Shown: positions 1 through 7,662, counted from the stretch's first letter. The stretch is DNA of 28,940 nt from a virus (IMGVR_UViG_3300021963_000507:1-28940), one strand, 5' to 3'. Notes: generated by a model from the sequence alone, not told the origin. Numbers and translations: made by a program.

Positions 1-1
1 T

Positions 2-70
2 GGAGCTTGGGCAATTGGTGAAAGTACTTTGAATTACACAGTAATGATGGGTACAAGATTATTGCTATGA
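2..70 (+). CDS. 3' end of an upstream gene (partial), possibly an outer-membrane beta-barrel protein
   Basis: Frame 2 reads GAWAIGESTLNYTVMMGTRLLL*. TGA at 68-70 overlaps the next ATG at 67 (ATGA). The alternating hydrophobic terminal strand resembles the end of ORF 1053-1868. Confidence 0.6.
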   Translation, partial: GAWAIGESTLNYTVMMGTRLLL

Positions 71-1050
71 GAAAGTTGATTATATTAGTGTTGATGTGTT
101 TACCTCTATTAGTAGAGGCACAGTTTACATATTCGGGCTATATAAGAAATGCTGACGGAACTGGTGCAGTGAACTTTCCAGTAAAGCTTTATAGAAGAAC
201 AAACTCAACTATTACTGGATTCACAAACCAGCAAAACTATAATGGTCACTCTTATTATAGATCGACTGGATCTGCTTACTGGTTAGATGCTAAAGCAAAC
301 TGTGTAGCAATGGGTGGACACTTAGTTACAGTTACAACCTCAGGAGAAAATGCTTTCATATACAACCTTTGGCCTTCAGGATGGATTGGACTAACAGACG
401 AAGTAACTGAAGGTACCTGGAAATGGGTTACTGGAGAAACTTATTCTTATACCTCTTGGAATCCAGGTGAACCTAATAATGCAGGTAATGAGGATTATGT
501 TCAATTTGTAGGAGCTGGTAAATGGAACGACTTACCTAATAATTACTCACTACCTTATGTGCTTGAATTTGAATATATAGTTACAACATCGTCTTGGGCT
601 TTATATAAAACGGTGTACACAAACTCATCAGGATATTATTCCTTTAGTGAATCGTACGATCCATCTAAAGAATACTATATTCAACTAGATGTTGCTAATC
701 CAGTTACCACAATAACAAACACTGACGTTATTGCTCCAACCGATATAATTTTATCAAAAGTTCTTAGAAAATCTATACACTTCAATCAATACGATGTTAA
801 TAACGATGGTGCAATTACAGTGTCAGATGCTTATTACATAAATAAGAAAAGATACTCAACTGCCTCAACTTGGCCTAGTTTATATCTATACACACCCACA
901 CAATACACATCACTAACAACTGGTACGACTGACTTGAGGAGCAGCGTTGTTGGTGTATCTTCAATTACAATCAACAGTCCAGTATCAGGAACAACTGCTG
1001 GAAACTATTATCTAATCGCCCCAGGATATAAAGGGCAGGTGAGCTATTAA
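67..1050 (+). CDS. Secreted C-type lectin domain protein with a C-terminal dockerin/EF-hand-like loop
   Basis: Signal peptide MRKLIILVLMCLPLLVEA/Q. CTLD motifs YNGHSYY, C..MGGHLVTV...EN, WIGLTD..EG.WKW..GE, WNPGEPNN, WND. Ca-binding dockerin-type loop YDVNNDGAITVSDA at about 790-831. Confidence 0.85.
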   Translation: MRKLIILVLMCLPLLVEAQFTYSGYIRNADGTGAVNFPVKLYRRTNSTITGFTNQQNYNGHSYYRSTGSAYWLDAKANCVAMGGHLVTVTTSGENAFIYNLWPSGWIGLTDEVTEGTWKWVTGETYSYTSWNPGEPNNAGNEDYVQFVGAGKWNDLPNNYSLPYVLEFEYIVTTSSWALYKTVYTNSSGYYSFSESYDPSKEYYIQLDVANPVTTITNTDVIAPTDIILSKVLRKSIHFNQYDVNNDGAITVSDAYYINKKRYSTASTWPSLYLYTPTQYTSLTTGTTDLRSSVVGVSSITINSPVSGTTAGNYYLIAPGYKGQVSY

Positions 1051-1052
1051 TT

Positions 1053-1868
1053 ATGAAACAAGTACTACTATTTTTATTGTTTATTCCAATGCTAGTATTT
1101 GGTCAAACCAATCCCCCACCGCCAGCTCCTGCACCTCCAGCTCCTCAACAAGATTTTGGTAATACTCAAAACAGTATTATGGGTGTTCAATCTAGATCGT
1201 TTGGAGGAGGCTCTATAATTAAACCCAACCAAATATTAAATTCAGCAGATTTTACAATGGTAGGAAGCAATACATATGAAGCAGACCAACCAGCATTTAG
1301 ACCAGGTACTAGTTTAAGTTGGAGTAGTGTTAATTTTGGAAAAGGGTTTGGAGTTAATGCAATGGCAACTTTTGATTTATCACAACAAGCATATTCTATC
1401 TATTACAGACACGAAAAATGGTACTATCATGTTAATTTTGGTCGAATGGGTATGGCATTGAATACCGGTGCTTCTGTTACTAGAGTATGGGAACCTAAAA
1501 ATATCGAAGACTTTACCTTAGGAGCTCAGTTAGGAGTTGGTATTGTAGCTAATGGAAAGAGTACTGATAAAGATGCTTACTTTGTAGCTGTACCTTATAT
1601 TGTGTTGTTAGCACAAAAAGAATTTAAAATATCGGAGCGTTTAGATTTGCGTCCAGAAGCATATATTACAATGTGCTCTCCTTACTACGATATAGGAATG
1701 AACTTCTTTAGTTCATCATCCACGTTCAACGCAGTAGTTGGTAATTGCGTTGGTGTTAAACTATCAAAACGCTTTAAATTAAACCTAACATATAGAGGTA
1801 ACATGAATACAACTCCTAAATGGGGACTTATGCATAATATACTAATTGGATCAACACTTAAATTTTAA
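1053..1868 (+). CDS. Putative outer-membrane beta-barrel protein
   Basis: Signal peptide, Pro-rich linker (PPPPAPAPPAP), amphipathic beta-strand patterns, terminal strand HNILIGSTLKF ending in Phe (BAM signal-like). Confidence 0.6.
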   Translation: MKQVLLFLLFIPMLVFGQTNPPPPAPAPPAPQQDFGNTQNSIMGVQSRSFGGGSIIKPNQILNSADFTMVGSNTYEADQPAFRPGTSLSWSSVNFGKGFGVNAMATFDLSQQAYSIYYRHEKWYYHVNFGRMGMALNTGASVTRVWEPKNIEDFTLGAQLGVGIVANGKSTDKDAYFVAVPYIVLLAQKEFKISERLDLRPEAYITMCSPYYDIGMNFFSSSSTFNAVVGNCVGVKLSKRFKLNLTYRGNMNTTPKWGLMHNILIGSTLKF

Positions 1869-1871
1869 ACT

Positions 1872-2324
1872 ATGAAATCGTTATTATTTTTATTATTAAT
1901 CATTCCATCTTTCTTGTTTGCTCAAGAGACTTGTGTTAAAGTTGACTCTGTATTTGTAACCGCAAAGGTTAGAGAATTAGGAAGTAGGGATATTAAGTTT
2001 GGTATCAAGCAGATTGCAGAAGACTACCTTTCCGAAAAGTATTGCTTATCGCCAGAGGGTGCTTCAATTTGGGTTGAGGTTTATTACTTTGGTATTCCAA
2101 AAAATACACTAAGAATTGCTGGTGTAGAGAAAACAGAACAGATTACTCAAGTTGGCGTTCGTCTCCATTATAGAGGATCTAAGTATGATGGTATTGGTGA
2201 ATCAGCAACAGAAGTTAGAACTATGCTGTTAGAGGTTCAGGAGGGACAAATGCCTTTCGAAAAGATGACAGTATCGTCGGCATTAAAAAAGGGACTAGCA
2301 GAGGCTATTCTTAAGCTTCCGTAA
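1872..2324 (+). CDS. Secreted protein, possibly a compact CsgG-like (curli transport component-like) fold
   Basis: Signal peptide. Pattern FGIKQIAEDYL...VEVYYFG...QVGVRL...GIGES...SSALKKGLAEAI recalls CsgG-like alpha/beta proteins. Recognised by eye only. Confidence 0.4.
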   Translation: MKSLLFLLLIIPSFLFAQETCVKVDSVFVTAKVRELGSRDIKFGIKQIAEDYLSEKYCLSPEGASIWVEVYYFGIPKNTLRIAGVEKTEQITQVGVRLHYRGSKYDGIGESATEVRTMLLEVQEGQMPFEKMTVSSALKKGLAEAILKLP

Positions 2325-2325
2325 C

Positions 2326-2333
2326 TATTTATT
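2326..2333 (+). promoter_or_regulatory. Putative phage late promoter (TATTTATW)
   Basis: TATTTATT in a 12-nt intergenic gap, 3 nt before ATG 2337. The motif recurs in six other intergenic gaps. Confidence 0.55.
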
Positions 2334-2336
2334 AGC

Positions 2337-2786
2337 ATGAGATGGTTATTTGTTGTTTTAACTTGCTTAATATCGGTCAACCTATCTGCTCAGATTAAGG
2401 TGGATGATGTCGGTGATGGCTGGAAAGCTAGAGTTGATTCGGCTCTGTCAATCATCCAACAATATGACGTACAACGATATAATCTCCTAGTACAAAACTG
2501 CAATCAAATACAATATTGGAATGGAAACTTCAGCACTACTGAGGGGTTTTCTATAATGATATCTACTCGTGAAATGAGAGCAGGCAACATCAATAACATA
2601 GCAGCTATACTTGTTCACGAATCACTTCACTTATATTTTAAAAAGGGTAACTGCTCTCTATCTCCTAACGATGAAGAAGCTTCTTGCTATGCATACGAGT
2701 TAGACTTTTTAAACCACATACCTAATGTTGAGCCATGGCTGATTCAACATGCTAAAAATCAAATCAAATTTTATTGCAAGTCATGA
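2337..2786 (+). CDS. Secreted zincin-like metallopeptidase
   Basis: Signal peptide ending NLSA/Q. Motif ILVHESLHL (HExxH) with a downstream EE third-ligand candidate. Confidence 0.65.
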   Translation: MRWLFVVLTCLISVNLSAQIKVDDVGDGWKARVDSALSIIQQYDVQRYNLLVQNCNQIQYWNGNFSTTEGFSIMISTREMRAGNINNIAAILVHESLHLYFKKGNCSLSPNDEEASCYAYELDFLNHIPNVEPWLIQHAKNQIKFYCKS

Positions 2787-2968
2787 GTATACAGAATGAA
2801 GAAATATTAGAAGAGTTAATGTGGATTGCTTACGAGAACGATAAAGCTATTGAGTTAGTCGAGCTTGCAGGTAGTTTCATTATGAAGGATGGTTTCTCAA
2901 GAATCCAAGCTTATGAGAGAGCATTCAATGAGTTGGGTTTAGTAATACCAGATAACATTCAAATTTAA
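2783..2968 (+). CDS. Small acidic hypothetical protein
   Basis: ORF track gives 2774. ATG 2783 overlaps the upstream stop (ATGA) and is the more likely start. Confidence 0.65.
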   Translation: MSIQNEEILEELMWIAYENDKAIELVELAGSFIMKDGFSRIQAYERAFNELGLVIPDNIQI

Positions 2969-2971
2969 CAT

Positions 2972-3826
2972 ATGCTACTAAAAAGAGGATCCACTGGAGA
3001 GGACGTAAAAAAACTCCAAGAAAAGTTGGGCGTAGAAGCCATTGGTACGTTTGGACCAAAAACAGAAGAAGCTGTAAAGGCTTGGCAAAAAGCTAACGGA
3101 TTGAAGGATGATGGTATCGTTGGTGATGGTACTTGGGGAAAGATGTTTGGAACATCAGCACCCGCTACACCTGCACCTACTCCTGCAACGCCAGTTGCTG
3201 CTCCGGTCGTTATTCCAGCATCTAGCTTTAAATTAGATGCATTGAAGGGACATATTCCAGATGCAGTAATTGCTCAGATTCCTGACACAGCAGCTAAATT
3301 CAATATCACAAACACTTTACGTTTAGCACACTTCTTGGCACAATGTGGTCACGAGTCTGGTGGATTCAAAGCTGTTAGCGAAAACTTAAACTACTCTTCT
3401 AAAGGGTTAATGGGTATCTTCAGAAAGTACTTCCCAACTGCGGTATTGGCTGAAGCGTATCAACGTCAACCAGAAAAAATTGCAAATCGTGTTTATTCAT
3501 CTAGAATGGGTAATGGCGATGAAGCTTCTGGAGATGGCTATAAATACCGCGGTCGCGGATATATTCAATTGACCGGAAAGTCTAACTACATGGCTTTTGA
3601 TAAAATGGTCGAAGAAGACTTGTTAGCTCATCCAGAACTTGTTGCTAGTAAATACCCTCTAATGTCAGCTGCATTCTTTTTCAATAACAATAAGCTTTGG
3701 GCTATTTGTGATCAGGGTGCTACTGATGCAGTTGTTACATCCGTTACAAAAAGAGTGAATGGTGGTACTATCGGCTTGGCTGATCGTATCAAGCATTTTA
3801 AAGAGTACTACAACCTATTAAAATAA
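2972..3826 (+). CDS. Endolysin: peptidoglycan-binding domain plus glycoside hydrolase family 19
   Basis: PG_binding_1 pattern (LKRGSTGEDVKKLQ...FGPKTEEAVKAWQ..NGL.DDGIVG..TW), Pro/Ala linker, GH19 motifs AHFLAQCGHESGGF, ENLNYS, YRGRGYIQLTGK.NY, VTKRVNGG. Confidence 0.93.
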   Translation: MLLKRGSTGEDVKKLQEKLGVEAIGTFGPKTEEAVKAWQKANGLKDDGIVGDGTWGKMFGTSAPATPAPTPATPVAAPVVIPASSFKLDALKGHIPDAVIAQIPDTAAKFNITNTLRLAHFLAQCGHESGGFKAVSENLNYSSKGLMGIFRKYFPTAVLAEAYQRQPEKIANRVYSSRMGNGDEASGDGYKYRGRGYIQLTGKSNYMAFDKMVEEDLLAHPELVASKYPLMSAAFFFNNNKLWAICDQGATDAVVTSVTKRVNGGTIGLADRIKHFKEYYNLLK

Positions 3827-3830
3827 AGTA

Positions 3831-4421
3831 ATGGCTTATACAAGAGAACAAATTGAAGCCGCTGTTAAAGCTAAGGGGTATGCTTGGTTTGAAGGCGCAA
3901 AAGATTTCGATGTTAACATCGTAGGAGTTAGAAACTCTGCAACTGGTAATGTTGTAACAAACGTGTTTGATGACACTATGACAATCTCGTACAAAGAGGG
4001 TGGTGAATGGAAGTTTCATCAATGGACTTGTACAACTGATCCAGGTAAAAAAGGTGTTAAAGAGTATCACAACGCTGCTGGTGTAGCACGTCTAGTGGAA
4101 GGACAATATAGAGGTTCACACACGTTAGGATTACACCAAGGTAAGTATGAGGCTCTTAAACAACAAAAACCAGTTAAAGTTTATCGTGATGCAAATCGTG
4201 ATATGACTTACGACGAAAATAAAATTGCAGAAGGGGTATTTGGAATTAACATCCATAAAGCAGGTGCCGACTCTACTTATGTAGAGAACTGGTCTGAAGG
4301 ATGTCAGGTATTCAAGAAAGCTGCAGACTTTGAATCATTCATGGCTATTTGTAGAAAGGCTGCTGCTATTCATGGCAAGTCTTTTACATATACCCTAATC
4401 GAATCAGCTGATATTAAATGA
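3831..4421 (+). CDS. Putative second lysin with L,D-transpeptidase (YkuD)-like catalytic motif
   Basis: GINIH-x12-SEGCQV His/Cys motif. Located directly after the GH19 endolysin. Confidence 0.65.
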   Translation: MAYTREQIEAAVKAKGYAWFEGAKDFDVNIVGVRNSATGNVVTNVFDDTMTISYKEGGEWKFHQWTCTTDPGKKGVKEYHNAAGVARLVEGQYRGSHTLGLHQGKYEALKQQKPVKVYRDANRDMTYDENKIAEGVFGINIHKAGADSTYVENWSEGCQVFKKAADFESFMAICRKAAAIHGKSFTYTLIESADIK

Positions 4422-5170
4422 TAAAACTATCAAGACTATTAATTGAAGGAGCTTACGATAGAGTAGTAGGCGAAGTAAATAAAGCCATCTTCAAAGTAAT
4501 GAAAGATGCCTTTGCCGCTGCCGGTACACCAGAGAATCCAAAAACCTATAACGGTTATGAGATTTTCAAAGATCCTATTCCTGGTCAAACACTGCAAGAT
4601 GTTTTTGAAGATGAGGACTATGGAATAGAGGTAGGTGAATTTGAAACTCCTGAAGGTAGTTTTGAGGTTGAATTAAAATTAGCAATATCCGTTGATGCCG
4701 TAGAACCTGGCAAACATTTTATTGATGGCGGTGCAGAAGATGATTCTGACTTTCCAAAGATTGAGGTTCATATTGGATTAAACTCTATAGACGAAACAAT
4801 GTACTCCAAACTGCAACCGTGGTTGCGTGATTTGATGAGACATGAGATTGAACACCTTACCCACGGAAAAGATTCTGACCTATTAAAACCGTCAAAGCTT
4901 ATCCGTGGGGACAAGGCTCTTCGTAAGAAGATCCAGTCTAATCCAGAAATATATTACAAGTACTTTCTATTACCCAAAGAGGTTGATGCTAATATCCACG
5001 GCTTATACGCCAAAGCAAAGACTATGAAGCAACCATACCAAAAAGTGGTTGATGATTATCTGGATAGTCTAGTTGATGATGGAGTCATTAAACCAAACCA
5101 TCGAGCTGAAATATATAATAAATGGAAAGCTCGCATTCCTAAGATTGGTGGTCTACCAACACTAAAATAA
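4418..5170 (+). CDS. Zincin-like (HExxH) hypothetical protein, possibly virion-associated
   Basis: RHEIEHL plus downstream YFLLPKEVDA. N-terminus MIKLSRLLIE, no signal peptide. Confidence 0.55.
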   Translation: MIKLSRLLIEGAYDRVVGEVNKAIFKVMKDAFAAAGTPENPKTYNGYEIFKDPIPGQTLQDVFEDEDYGIEVGEFETPEGSFEVELKLAISVDAVEPGKHFIDGGAEDDSDFPKIEVHIGLNSIDETMYSKLQPWLRDLMRHEIEHLTHGKDSDLLKPSKLIRGDKALRKKIQSNPEIYYKYFLLPKEVDANIHGLYAKAKTMKQPYQKVVDDYLDSLVDDGVIKPNHRAEIYNKWKARIPKIGGLPTLK

Positions 5171-5181
5171 ACCAAGCAACT

Positions 5182-5213
5182 GTTGCTTTTTGTGTGAGTT
5201 TATACTATATTTG
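5182..5213 (+). promoter_or_regulatory. Bacteroidota sigma-A type promoter (-33/-7)
   Basis: GTTG 5182-5185, 20-nt spacer, TATATTTG 5206-5213, a perfect TAnnTTTG match. Confidence 0.7.
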
Positions 5214-5217
5214 TCTC

Positions 5218-5730
5218 ATGGAGACAACTTTATATAACTCACGACAGATCGAGCAAGCAGTTCTACGCATTGCCGATGTGGTTAATCAAAACTGTCGCAA
5301 TCGTAGCGATGTTGTTTTGATGCCTATATTACAGGGTGCTGTTCCCTTATTTGCTGATGTATGTAAACATTTGGAGTTTGATCCTTATGTCGAATACATT
5401 GGTGTTAGCTCTTACGTACAGCAACAGCAAAAGCAATTTAACTTATATAAATGGGTTGAGCCAACTACAGTCCAGGATAAATGTGTATGGCTGTTTGATG
5501 ACATTGCTGATTCTGGAAACACGTTAAACTTTCTAAAGTCTATGCTTATGCAGATGGGTGCTAAAGAAGTTCACACGTGTGTGTTATTAAAAAAACGAAC
5601 TTGTCCAGTGGAAGTGGATGTAGCCGGTTTTGTTATGGGTGACGAGTGGGTATGGGGCTATGGTATGGATGCTCCAGATGGACGCGGTAGAATTCTTGAC
5701 GAAATCGTATGTAAAAATGAAAAGAACTAG
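5218..5730 (+). CDS. hpt: Hypoxanthine/purine phosphoribosyltransferase
   Basis: ILQGA..FAD, SSY loop, PRPP-binding LFDDIADSGNTL, WVWGYGMD. Start moved from GTG 5194 to ATG 5218 because the promoter overlaps the extension. Confidence 0.85.
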   Translation: METTLYNSRQIEQAVLRIADVVNQNCRNRSDVVLMPILQGAVPLFADVCKHLEFDPYVEYIGVSSYVQQQQKQFNLYKWVEPTTVQDKCVWLFDDIADSGNTLNFLKSMLMQMGAKEVHTCVLLKKRTCPVEVDVAGFVMGDEWVWGYGMDAPDGRGRILDEIVCKNEKN

Positions 5731-6073
5731 ACAAATGAATATGTTAATTGTAGCTTCTATAGTTGTATTCTTTATAGCACAATCTTTAGCATGGCTACAG
5801 ATTAACGGTCAGTTTGTTTGGCCTTGGATGAAAGATCATCGGTTGTTGATCAGTCTGAGTGGTGTACCAATCAGTTATCTACTAATGGTTGCTACCGACT
5901 TAGCTTACGAAGGAATGGATGGTAAGATATGGCCAGGACGCTTAATGGCGTTTGCTGTTGGTATCTTAGTTTTTACAATGTTTACAAATTTATTGCTGGG
6001 AGAAGGAATGACTCCTAAAGTTGGAGTAAGTCTTGCATTAGCAACTGTACTATTAATAATTCAGCTACTATGA
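5717..6073 (+). CDS. Small 4-TM membrane protein (SMR/DMT-like topology)
   Basis: Four hydrophobic segments with ...LLGEGMTPK.GVSL before the last helix. Start is likely 5717 or 5735 rather than 5630. Confidence 0.6.
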   Translation: MKRTRQMNMLIVASIVVFFIAQSLAWLQINGQFVWPWMKDHRLLISLSGVPISYLLMVATDLAYEGMDGKIWPGRLMAFAVGILVFTMFTNLLLGEGMTPKVGVSLALATVLLIIQLL

Positions 6074-6273
6074 AAATAATCTTATGGATACACAGAGAGC
6101 GTCTTGTAGACCTCCACAAATGCATTGTTGATTGGGTTAACTATAGCGAACCTGGAGAACCTTCACCTCTTCACCTTAGTGTTAGCCAAATTGGCCATCA
6201 CTGGGTTCAGATCATACTCGATTATAGTACCTACATTGGATTGTTAGATAACGAAGCTATTAAAATAATTTAA
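6070..6273 (+). CDS. Hypothetical protein
   Basis: 67 aa ORF coupled to the upstream gene by an ATGA overlap. Confidence 0.6.
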   Translation: MKIILWIHRERLVDLHKCIVDWVNYSEPGEPSPLHLSVSQIGHHWVQIILDYSTYIGLLDNEAIKII

Positions 6274-6278
6274 TATCT

Positions 6279-6312
6279 GTTGTCTTTTTCAAACAAAGGT
6301 AGTATATTTATT
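6279..6312 (+). promoter_or_regulatory. tmRNA promoter, host-type and late-type motifs overlapping
   Basis: GTTG 6279-6282, 20-nt spacer, TATATTTA 6303-6310, overlapping TATTTATT 6305-6312. Confidence 0.6.
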
Positions 6313-6321
6313 AAACGCTTT

Positions 6322-6664
6322 GGGGCTGTTATGGCTTTCGACAGGCAGAAGAAGTTCTTTGAGATGATGCAGGCAGGGTTAGATGGAAACCCTTAAACAC
6401 CTATCAAACAATAAACGCAAACGTAGATTATTCTACGGAGTATTACGCAGTAGCTGCCTAATCTCCCCCGTATTACTCATGGGATTAAAAAGAAGTAAAC
6501 GAAACGCGTTTTTGTAATTTGTACCTTAAACAAATAGCCTACAGTTTGCGAGTGGGAGTAGCAATACAAACTCGATAGTTTGTCTATTTAGAAAAATAGA
6601 CTAAGCCTGTGAATGAGTCCTTTGGCTCACTGTTTGGACACGGGTTCGACTCCCGTCAGCTCCA
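6322..6664 (+). ncRNA. ssrA: tmRNA with tag (A)ANVDYSTEYYAVAA
   Basis: Acceptor GGGGCTG/CAGCTCC-A with G3:U70 alanine identity. T-arm ACGGG-TTCGACT-CCCGT. Helix 2 CAGGCAG/CTGTTTG and GCAGGC/GCCTGT. ATAAAC then resume codon GCA at 6417, tag ORF 6417-6461 ending AVAA-TAA. CCA not encoded. Confidence 0.95.
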
Positions 6665-6685
6665 CAAAAAAAAATTAATAAAGAT

Positions 6686-6717
6686 GTTGCCTAATCGATA
6701 AAAAGGTTGTATCTTTA
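6686..6717 (+). promoter_or_regulatory. Host-type promoter for the large RNA
   Basis: GTTG 6686-6689, 20-nt spacer, TATCTTTA 6710-6717. Same geometry as the promoters at 5182 and 6279. Confidence 0.6.
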
Positions 6718-6729
6718 TAGAAATAAAGG

Positions 6730-6758
6730 GTCACAAAGGTGACGACGTTCTTTGAAAA
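6730..6758 (+). promoter_or_regulatory. rrn-like antitermination element (boxB-like hairpin plus boxA)
   Basis: Hairpin GTCAC-AAAG-GTGAC 6730-6743 followed by GTTCTTTGAAAA 6747-6758, matching rRNA-leader boxA. Confidence 0.6.
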
Positions 6759-6761
6759 ATA

Positions 6762-7648
6762 TTATTATCCGTTCAGTAGTTGATTATGAGACCTTCGGGT
6801 TGATTATGAGACATTTAATCTGATAAATGATGATCGGCCGCCTATGGTCGTTAAATAAACTGGGAAACCAGGCTAAAGTGAATTACATTTTGTCAATGTA
6901 GTTTGCGGCTTCGTAAGGAGCTCGAGTAGGCAAGTAGGATATCATTAAACCTTGAGTACCGAGGGTAACACTGTAGGGGAACTGGTTTGATGACTAGGTG
7001 ATGCAGGTCATTTAGTTGAGCTCGGAAGAGCAATAAGAATAACCTATAGGAATCAATTTATTGCAAGAAGCATTCTTATCCGAGTTTGTTATTGCGGTTT
7101 CCAATACAAGAGGGATCTTAAAGCCGAAAGGCAATGTCAGTGTACAAGTGGTGTTGTTACTGCACCGTAGATGAACCCACCAAGGTTTGTTTATGTAGAA
7201 CTCTTAAAGTATGGAGGTAGGGATATCTCAGAGAGTAGTTGAGTATTGACTCGTTCAAAAGATGGGTCAGCTTAGTGGTAAGCCACTACTTTCATGATCT
7301 GCGACTAATACCTTAATTTGCTCTATGATACGCAAATATCACTAAACAATTAAGCAAAAGCGCTTACCAGCTACCGACGAAAGGTGCCTACCTAGTACTG
7401 GGCTGTCCAGTGCCACCAATGATCGCAAGTCAAAGGTGATTCGTCCGAAAGGTCTGTAGTCCCGCAAGGATTAATCAGTTCGGCAGAGTTGAACAGAATA
7501 AGTAAGACGAGAGTAGTCGAAACACGTAGCTCCAAGAGTGGTGTACTTAAATCACCGGCATTGATGGGATACTTCTCAAAAGGAAGTGGACAAGAAGGGA
7601 ACCAATAATCCAACAAAAGATCCATCACTCAAACGTATAGTCTCAGCG
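6762..7648 (+). ncRNA. Large structured non-coding RNA, GOLLD-like (ends approximate)
   Basis: About 890 nt with no + strand ORF of 60 aa or more. Dense hairpins with G-U pairs and GNRA/UUCG loops: CTGG-GAAA-CCAG 6860-6871, GCTTC-GTAA-GGAGC 6908-6921, GCTC-GGAA-GAGC 7020-7031, GCC-GAAA-GGC 7123-7132, TGACTCGTT-CAAAA-GATGGGTCA 7247-7269, TACTTC-TCAAAAG-GAAGTG near 7570-7588. Size, phage context and adjacent tRNA fit GOLLD. Confidence 0.75.
6779..6812 (+). repeat. 14-nt direct repeat flanking CTTCGG
   Basis: GTTGATTATGAGAC at 6779-6792 and 6799-6812, separated by CTTCGG. Confidence 0.9.
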
Positions 7649-7662
7649 TTTTTTAACTAGAT

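Noticed and set aside
67-1050. C-type lectin as a diversity-generating retroelement target
   Set aside because: No reverse transcriptase or template/variable repeat pair is visible, and the domain is a canonical EPN/WND CTLD.
5717-6073. Holin assignment for the 4-TM protein (also considered for 8128-8487 and 10148-10462)
   Set aside because: None is adjacent to the lysins, and they follow host-type rather than late-type promoter motifs. There is no positive evidence.
6779-6812. Direct repeat as a CRISPR array
   Set aside because: Only two 14-nt copies with a 6-nt spacer, and no cas genes in the window.
7392-7628. 78-aa minus-strand ORF in the non-coding island
   Set aside because: It is antisense to the most structured part of the large RNA, has no recognisable motifs, and every supported gene is on the + strand.
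6762-7648. Large RNA as a group I/II intron, rRNA fragment or RNase P RNA
   Set aside because: It interrupts no gene and has its own promoter. I could not find the group II GUGYG start or domain V, the RNase P GAGGAAAGUCC motif or universal rRNA signatures. A covariance-model scan is still needed.
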